Shown: positions 16,185 to 21,937 of the stretch, piece by piece | How positions within the stretch are numbered: position 1 is the stretch's first letter | How the letters are laid out: the number at the start of each line of letters is the position of its first letter | Assembly (NCBI GenBank): GCA_030652115.1 | Contig: JAUSBK010000001.1 | Location: 34,254 to 58,253, forward strand | Direction: 5' to 3' | Source: Coriobacteriia bacterium | Lineage (GTDB): Bacteria > Actinomycetota > Coriobacteriia > Anaerosomatales > Anaerosomataceae | DNA length: 24,000 nt | Translations under genes and position numbers: made by a program | The notes under the pieces: generated by a model | The model's database searches: none | What the model was told of the DNA's origin: nothing | The model's input: only the letters and a program-made list of their open reading frames with translations

Positions 16185-16772
16185 ATGACCCCCCTGTCTG
16201 ACATCGGACGACAGATGATCGCGGCACGGCAGACCGCCGGAATCACCCAGGCGGAGCTCGGCCGCCGCCTTGGCGTGGCCCAGCCGCAGGTGGCACGGTG
16301 GGAGGCCGCTGCCTACCGAAACGTGGCCCTTGAACGCGTGAGCGCGGTGGCCGAGGCGCTCGGCTTCGACATCGCCGCGCCAGATCTGCCGCTCGCGGCC
16401 GAAGCCCCCGGCACGTACGAGACCACCCTACCGGGCGCCGATGCCGAGGCCCTGCGCGCCCTCGCGCGCACCCGCACCTCACCCGCGGCGCTGGCCGCAT
16501 TCGCACGCACGCACGGCATCGAGCGGCTCGAGCTGTTCGGCTCTGTGCTGAGGCCCGACTTCACGCCGGAGAGCGACGTGGATGTTCTCGTGACCTACGC
16601 GCCCGATCGAGTGCCGTCGCTCTTCAGGCTTGTCGACCACGAAACCGAACTCGCCGGCCTGTTGCGCCGTCGGGTGGACCTCGTCTCGCGCCGTGGCATC
16701 GAGCGAAGTGAGAACACGATACGGCGTGAGGCAATCCTCACAACCGCTCGGACGATCTATGCGCGACCCTGA
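16185..16772 (+). CDS. mntA: MntA-type nucleotidyltransferase antitoxin with N-terminal XRE-family HTH domain (type VII TA antitoxin, fused architecture)
   Basis: The HTH is IAARQTAGITQAELGRRLGVAQPQVARWE, followed by an Ala/Pro-rich linker and then the minimal NTase motif LELFGSVLRPDFTPESDVDVLV (GS-X10-DXD). The track start is 16167; I prefer ATG 16185, given the -10 element at 16173-16178. It overlaps hepT by 14 nt. Confidence 0.85.
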   Translation: MTPLSDIGRQMIAARQTAGITQAELGRRLGVAQPQVARWEAAAYRNVALERVSAVAEALGFDIAAPDLPLAAEAPGTYETTLPGADAEALRALARTRTSPAALAAFARTHGIERLELFGSVLRPDFTPESDVDVLVTYAPDRVPSLFRLVDHETELAGLLRRRVDLVSRRGIERSENTIRREAILTTARTIYARP

Positions 16773-17094
16773 AGCCAGTCTGGCCGATATCGCGGTGTAC
16801 GCTCGCCGCGCCGTGGCCTACTTGGATGGCATGTCCCTTGCCGAGTTCGCGTGCAACACGGGTGTCCAGGACCAGGTGGTACGCTGCCTCACCGTGATCG
16901 GGGAGGCCGCCCGCCGAACGCCCGAGGGACTCCGCACCCGGCACCCCGATGTCCCGTGGTCTGTGATGATCGCGACGCGCAACCGCCTCGCCCATGAGTA
17001 CGACGGCATCGACATCGAAACGGTCTGGTTGACGGTGACCGACGATCTGCCCAGCGTGCTGCAGCAGCTCGAAGCGTATCTGCCCGAGGCCTAG
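16759..17094 (+). CDS. hepT: HepT-type HEPN (DUF86) RNase toxin
   Basis: 111 aa from ATG 16759: MRDPEASLADIAVYARRAVAYL...VIGEAARR...RNRLAHEYDGID. RNRLAHEY is the Rx4HxY HEPN motif. The upstream part of the track ORF (16630-16758) is out of frame with mntA and is not needed. Confidence 0.85.
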   Translation: MRDPEASLADIAVYARRAVAYLDGMSLAEFACNTGVQDQVVRCLTVIGEAARRTPEGLRTRHPDVPWSVMIATRNRLAHEYDGIDIETVWLTVTDDLPSVLQQLEAYLPEA

Positions 17095-17792
17095 GTGCCG
17101 CAGCCCCTCCACGATGCAGCCGGTGCGGACTTCTTCTTCCGCCGGCGAGGCTTGTGCTTCACCTTCGGCGCCGCAGCATGGGCCGCTTCGACGACTGCCG
17201 GCTCACGGTACTTGTCGAAGCCCTCGAGGATCTCGCCGAAGACGGCCGCTGCGTACTCCTGCTGCCAGTCCTCAAGCGACATATAGAACATCGGGTAGAA
17301 CGGGAGGCCCATCGCGATCGTCAGGTCCACGACACTCCCGAGGATGTCCGGTCGCTCGACCATCAGGTCGATGACCTCGGGATTCACGAAGTCCTGAGCG
17401 CGGTCCGGCGGCATCAGCATGAACGTCCGCTCGTCCGTTCGGATGACGATGTCGTAGAGGTAGTTGCCGTCGCCGAGAAGCGCGATGCCGTAGCCACCGA
17501 CACTATCGCCGAAGCGCCGCGCCCAGGCGTGCTCCTCGCGCTCCAACCCCCAGATCCGCGCCAGACTCTCGAAGTCCAAACTCATCGGCATGGGGCAGCG
17601 CGGAAGCTCCTTGATGACTTCCCGCACGTTCGCGCAGGTGACAAGCGTGCGCGGCGGGACCGCTTCGGCAAGGACGCCGAGTGCGAGACTCGCTTCGAGC
17701 CAGGACGTGGCGTTCAGGAGGATCCGGGTGAGGTCCGGGTCTGCCTCGAAGTGAGGGCTGAGTGCGTTGAGCATCGGCTGAACAGCGCGCAT
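17091..17792 (-). CDS. Hypothetical protein with polybasic C-terminal tail (weak SUKH/SMI1-like flavour, not assignable)
   Basis: 233 aa from ATG 17792 (GAGG 6 nt upstream; the track start is 17828). The central segment is GGYGIALLGDGNYLYDIVIRTD. The C-terminus is PKVKHKPRRRKKKSAP. Its stop codon shares the tetranucleotide CTAG (17091-17094) with the convergent hepT stop. Confidence 0.55.
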   Translation of the reverse strand: MRAVQPMLNALSPHFEADPDLTRILLNATSWLEASLALGVLAEAVPPRTLVTCANVREVIKELPRCPMPMSLDFESLARIWGLEREEHAWARRFGDSVGGYGIALLGDGNYLYDIVIRTDERTFMLMPPDRAQDFVNPEVIDLMVERPDILGSVVDLTIAMGLPFYPMFYMSLEDWQQEYAAAVFGEILEGFDKYREPAVVEAAHAAAPKVKHKPRRRKKKSAPAASWRGCGT

Positions 17793-17918
17793 GCGTGACC
17801 TCGAGGAATCGTGGGACCTGGCACCCATGCTATCGGCCCGCGGTTCACCGGCGTTGAGAGCCGTCTGCCAGACGAGTGTGCGCCGTCCGACACGATGGGC
17901 GACGGGCGGTGCGAAAGC

Positions 17919-19259
17919 CTAGAACTCCAGCCCCGCCACCCGCTCGAAGACCACGCCCGCCCTCGCGAGGAACGCCCGCGGGTCAAAGATCGCGTCGAGC
18001 TGCTCGGCCGAGAGCACGCACTCGGCGTCCGCCTCGAGCCGCTCGCGGTAGCTCGCACCCTCTCGCGCATGCTGGATGTCGTCCCAGACGGCCATGGCGT
18101 TGCGCTGCACCACGAGGTATGCGTCCTCGCGCTTCATCCCGGCGTCAACAAGTTCGAGCAGCACGCGGCTCGAGTAGATGAGCCCACGCGTCTTCTCGAG
18201 GTTGGCGATCATGACCTCGGGATACACCACGAGCCCGTCGAGGATCCACTCGAGCTTGGCGAGGAGATAGTCGGTTGCGATGAAGCTGTCGGCGAGCACC
18301 ACGCGCTCGGCGCTCGAATGCGAGATGTCGCGCTCGTGCCACAGCGCCACGTTGTCGAAGCCCACCTGCGCGTTCGCCTTCACCACACGCGCCAGCCCGC
18401 ACACGCGCTCGGCCGTGATCGGATTGCGCTTGTGCGGCATCGCCGAGCTGCCCTTCTGCCCGGCGGTGAACGGCTCCTCGGCTTCGATGGTGTCGCTCTT
18501 CTGCAGCGCGCGAATCTCGGTGGCGATCCACTCGGCGGTGGCGGCTACGGTGGCGAGCACCGCGAGCACGTGCGCGTGCCGGTCGCGCGCGATCACCTGC
18601 TGCGACGCCGGATCCGGCGTGAGGCCGAGCTTCTCGCAGACGTAGCTCTCCACGAACGGGTCGATGTTCGAGTACGACCCCACGGCGCCGGAGATGGCGC
18701 CCCACGCGCACGAGAAGCGGCGGGTCGCCACGAGCCGTCCTTCGGCACGCTTGAGCGCTTGGGCCCACGCCGCCCACTTCATGCCGAAGGTCATCGGCTC
18801 GGCGTGGATGCCGTGTGTGCGGCCCACGCACAGGGTGTCCTGGAATTCGGCCGCGCGCCGCTGGCAGATGCGGCCGAGCTTGCGCACGTCTTCGATGATG
18901 ATGTCCTGCGCCTGCGTCATCTGGTAGCACAGCGCGGTGTCGCCGAGGTCGCTCGACGTCATGCCGTAGTGCACCCAGCGGGACGGCTTCGGGTCGTCTT
19001 CGGCATATCCCGCGTCGATGTGCTCGGCCATGTTCGTGAGGAACGCGATCACGTCGTGGTTGAGCGTGGCCTCGAGTTCGTTGATGCGCTCCACCTCGAA
19101 AGCCGCGCGCTCACGGATGATCGCCACGTCTTCGGCGGGCATCACGCCGAGTTCCACCTGCGCCTCGCACGCGAGGATCTCGATCCGCTTCCAAATCTCG
19201 AACTTGTTCTCGAGGTCCCAGATGGCGCCCATCTCGGGGCGGGTGTAGCGATCGATCAT
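17919..19259 (-). CDS. purB: Adenylosuccinate lyase
   Basis: 446 aa from ATG 19259 (AAGGAG upstream): MIDRYTRPEMGAIWDLENKFEIWKRIE...HYGMTSSD...GRTHGIHAEP...GSSAMPHKRNP (fumarate-lyase signature). The track extension to 19367 is unsupported. Confidence 0.95.
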   Translation of the reverse strand: MIDRYTRPEMGAIWDLENKFEIWKRIEILACEAQVELGVMPAEDVAIIRERAAFEVERINELEATLNHDVIAFLTNMAEHIDAGYAEDDPKPSRWVHYGMTSSDLGDTALCYQMTQAQDIIIEDVRKLGRICQRRAAEFQDTLCVGRTHGIHAEPMTFGMKWAAWAQALKRAEGRLVATRRFSCAWGAISGAVGSYSNIDPFVESYVCEKLGLTPDPASQQVIARDRHAHVLAVLATVAATAEWIATEIRALQKSDTIEAEEPFTAGQKGSSAMPHKRNPITAERVCGLARVVKANAQVGFDNVALWHERDISHSSAERVVLADSFIATDYLLAKLEWILDGLVVYPEVMIANLEKTRGLIYSSRVLLELVDAGMKREDAYLVVQRNAMAVWDDIQHAREGASYRERLEADAECVLSAEQLDAIFDPRAFLARAGVVFERVAGLEF

Positions 19260-19348
19260 CGTCGGCTCCTTTGGTGAGTCGGCGGGCAGGTCCGGTGCGG
19301 CCGTGCGGGGACCCATTATCGCACGGCACGCGGGCGCGCGAATCCCTC

Positions 19349-19378
19349 TTGACCGCCATTCATGCATGGGTGTATTTT
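19349..19378 (+). promoter_or_regulatory. Putative promoter of the higBA-like pair (TTGACC -N18- TATTTT) with the palindrome CATGCATG in the spacer
   Basis: TTGACC at 19349-19354, TATTTT at 19373-19378, CATGCATG at 19361-19368. It lies in the divergent region between purB and the toxin gene. Confidence 0.4.
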
Positions 19379-19409
19379 GTGGCTACCTCAGGAGGGGACG
19401 AGAGGACAT

Positions 19410-19781
19410 GTGGAGCTCTCCCCTTACAGCAGTCGGGAGTCACCGGACAAGATCTGGTTCATGCGTCGCGAGCGAGGCGACTCGCCGGTCAGGCGATCCA
19501 TCGAGCAGCTCGACGGGCAAACGCGAATGGCGACATGGCGTCTACTCGACCAAACGGAGGTATCAGGCCCTCCGAGGAGGATCAACCGCTTCCGGCACCT
19601 CAAGGGCGATGTCTTCGAGTTCAAAGTGCACCAGGCCGTGGCGGTACGCTACTTGAGCTTCAGGTCTGACGTTGGGTGGGTAATCACCTTCGCGGTTTAC
19701 AAGCCCGGAAGCGCCACACTGCAACGGCTGATACGAGAGACGCAACAACTGCATGATGAGTACGAGAGGACGCGATCATGA
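19410..19781 (+). CDS. RelE/HigB-superfamily toxin, Gp49 (DUF891)-like
   Basis: About 123 aa from GTG 19410 (GAGAGGA upstream; the track ATG at 19362 is also possible). The pattern is IWFMRRERGDSPVRRSIEQLD...FRHLKGDVFEFKVHQAVAVRYLSFRSDVGWVITFAVYKPGS. The gene order is toxin first, and the stop overlaps the start of the following HTH gene (ATGA at 19778-19781). Confidence 0.65.
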   Translation: MELSPYSSRESPDKIWFMRRERGDSPVRRSIEQLDGQTRMATWRLLDQTEVSGPPRRINRFRHLKGDVFEFKVHQAVAVRYLSFRSDVGWVITFAVYKPGSATLQRLIRETQQLHDEYERTRS

Positions 19782-20410
19782 ATCTGCTCCCGCACGAGGA
19801 GGACGAATTCCAGGCGATGGTGGCCGCCGACCGCCTGACTCCCGAGTATCGGCTCGCAGGCGCAACCTACGCCATCTCCGAAGCACTCTACGTCCGCATG
19901 GAGGAGCTCGGGCTCACGCGCAAGGAGTTCGCCCAGCGCATGGGCGTTTCACCTGCCCGAATCACCAACATCTTCAAGGAGAAGGGCAACTTCACACTCA
20001 AGACACTCGTCGAAGCCGCGCACGCGCTCGACTGCGAACTCACCATCGGGCTCAAGCCCCGCGAGATCGATAACTCCGGCGAGTATCGCCTCCCGAGCGC
20101 CGAGGGTGCGAGTGTCGCGGCCGAGGCTCGCGCTTCCTACGCCCGCACGGGTTCTGTCACCCGCGCGGATCGCTCACGCGATGAGGAGATCCGCCAGCAC
20201 CTCGCATCGGGCAAGCTGCGCATGGAGGATGACCAGGTACTCATGCGCCATCAGGCCGACGGCTCCTATCATCCGGCGAAGTTTCGGCAGGCCTCCGCCC
20301 ATTCGGCCATGGAGAAGACCAACATCGGCCGCCGGGCGTACTACCGCAGCCGCATCCTGGCAATCGCCCGCGAGACCGGGGTCTCGGACTCCCGCATAGC
20401 CGCCGGATGA
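19778..20410 (+). CDS. XRE-family HTH antitoxin (HigA-like) with a C-terminal extension of about 110 aa and unknown function
   Basis: 210 aa. The HTH is ELGLTRKEFAQRMGVSPARITNIFKEKGNFTLKTLVEAAHALDCEL. It is translationally coupled to the upstream toxin-like gene. Confidence 0.7.
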   Translation: MNLLPHEEDEFQAMVAADRLTPEYRLAGATYAISEALYVRMEELGLTRKEFAQRMGVSPARITNIFKEKGNFTLKTLVEAAHALDCELTIGLKPREIDNSGEYRLPSAEGASVAAEARASYARTGSVTRADRSRDEEIRQHLASGKLRMEDDQVLMRHQADGSYHPAKFRQASAHSAMEKTNIGRRAYYRSRILAIARETGVSDSRIAAG

Positions 20411-20441
20411 CGGTATCAGCCAGGGTCGCTATCCTCGCACC

Positions 20442-21263
20442 ATGGCCGAGTACTCGCATACCTCCGCACACCACCGCCTGCACGTGACAGACCGCGACGG
20501 CGTCCGCACGCTGCGCTTCGAGCGCCACCAGCAGTCATCCATGCGGCTCGATGACCCCTTCGCAACCGACATCGAGTACGTGGGTTACCTCCACCTGACG
20601 CTTGCGATCTCACCCGAGCCGAGGCGGGCGCTCGTGATCGGGCTCGGTGGCGGAACGTTCGTGAAGCAGCTGTGGCGCGACCACCCGACGCTTCACATCG
20701 ACGCGATCGAGATAGACGCCGAAGTGGCAGCGATCGCGCGTGAACTCTTCGAGCTGCCGGACGACCAGCGCATCTCGGTGCACGTCACCGACGGTCGCAC
20801 GTTTCTCGACGCGAGCGACGGCGCCTACGACATCATCGTGATAGACGCCTACGACGACGATCACATCCCCCGCCCGCTCGTCACCGAGGAGTTCATGCGA
20901 TCGGCCTACGCGCATCTGACCCCGGACGGTGTGGTCGCCTACAACGTGATCGGGACGATCGCCGGAAGCCAGAGCAAGCCCTTGCGGAGCCTGCATCGCA
21001 CGGCGTCGAACGTGTGGCGCACCGTCTGGCTCTTCCGCGTCGATGCAGCGGTGTCCGGCGAGCAGCGTCCGGAAAACGTGATCCTGCTCGCGAGCGATGC
21101 CGAGCTCACCGACGACATCGTGCTTGAGCGCATCGCGAGCCGGGTCGACGGCAGCGTATCGGTTCCCGGCTTCGAGTGCTTCGGCGAGCAGCTCTACCGC
21201 GGCCCGCTGCGTTCGGGTGACGTGCCGATCCTGACCGACCCTCCATCTCGGCGCGGGCGCTAG
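20442..21263 (+). CDS. Soluble spermidine-synthase-like protein, paralogue of the C-terminal half of the 1969-3531 product
   Basis: 273 aa: ALVIGLGGGTFVKQLWRDHP...IDAIEIDAEVAAIARELF...YDIIVIDAYDDDHIPRPLVTEEF...TPDGVVAYNV...IASRVDGSVSVPGF...DVPILTD. It is colinear with the 1969-3531 protein from HRVTVTE... to DVPLLTD. Confidence 0.8.
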   Translation: MAEYSHTSAHHRLHVTDRDGVRTLRFERHQQSSMRLDDPFATDIEYVGYLHLTLAISPEPRRALVIGLGGGTFVKQLWRDHPTLHIDAIEIDAEVAAIARELFELPDDQRISVHVTDGRTFLDASDGAYDIIVIDAYDDDHIPRPLVTEEFMRSAYAHLTPDGVVAYNVIGTIAGSQSKPLRSLHRTASNVWRTVWLFRVDAAVSGEQRPENVILLASDAELTDDIVLERIASRVDGSVSVPGFECFGEQLYRGPLRSGDVPILTDPPSRRGR

Positions 21264-21374
21264 CCCCACGCTGCGCCCTCGACGTGCAGCCCCCTCACCG
21301 TGCTACAATCCGCCACCTAAGGCCCGTATCGAGACGCGACCCACCCAGGGCGTGTACCCGAGGGAGCAACTCAA

Positions 21375-21755
21375 GTGAAGCGCACCATGCTCGGCGGCAA
21401 GATCCACCGCGCCGTCGTTACGGAAGCCAACGTGGCGTACGAGGGCAGCGTCTCGGTCGACGAGGACCTGCTCGACGCCGCCGGCATCCTGCCCGGCGAG
21501 TTCGTCCACATCTGGGACGTCACCAACGCCGCGCGCCTCACCACCTACGCGATCGCCGCCCCGCGCGGCTCGGGCGCAATCTGCGTGAACGGCGCTGCCG
21601 CCCACCTCGTTGCTGCCGGCGATCTCGTGATCATCGCGTCGTTCGTGGAGCTCGAGGACGCCGAAGCCCGCGCCTGGGCTCCGCGCGCGGTGTTCGTGGA
21701 CTCTGCCAACCGCGCAGTCGAGGTCCGCGCCGAAGAGGCGTTCCGCGCGCACTAG
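21375..21755 (+). CDS. panD: Aspartate 1-decarboxylase (pyruvoyl-dependent)
   Basis: [62 protein letters not shown]..., with the self-processing Gly24-Ser25 site. It has a GTG start with GAGGGAG 8 nt upstream, and a TACAAT -10-like hexamer lies at 21304-21309. Confidence 0.95.
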   Translation: MKRTMLGGKIHRAVVTEANVAYEGSVSVDEDLLDAAGILPGEFVHIWDVTNAARLTTYAIAAPRGSGAICVNGAAAHLVAAGDLVIIASFVELEDAEARAWAPRAVFVDSANRAVEVRAEEAFRAH

Positions 21756-21793
21756 CGCGTGCGGCGCCTCTCCGCTTCGGGTATCATCCCGCC

Positions 21794-21896
21794 GAAGGGG
21801 AGTAGCTGCCCGGCGTCGCAGCCGGGAGGCAGGCCGTCATCACGGGCATCCCGGCCCCGGCCCTGCTGCGCGGAACACCTCGCGTGCGAGACCTTC
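21794..21896 (+). promoter_or_regulatory. yybP-ykoY (Mn2+-sensing) riboswitch-like aptamer in the leader of the P2-type ATPase gene
   Basis: P1 is GAAGG (21794-21798) paired with CCUUC (21892-21896). The hallmark conserved strings are GGGGAGUAGC (21797-21806) and GCGAGACCUUC (21886-21896), compared with AAAGGGGAGUAGC ... GCAAGACCUUU in characterised members. There is a GC hairpin at 21806-21832 and a hairpin GCGCG-N8-CGCGUGC just before the 3' conserved string. The element ends 41 nt before the ATPase ATG. Confidence 0.7.
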
Positions 21897-21937
21897 AGGA
21901 TCGTTCGTGTCCTGACCCGCTGCGCACAGGAGGATGC

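Noticed and set aside
17811-19277. 488-aa plus-strand ORF
   Set aside because: It is antisense to purB, which carries the fumarate-lyase signature GSSAMPHKRNP.
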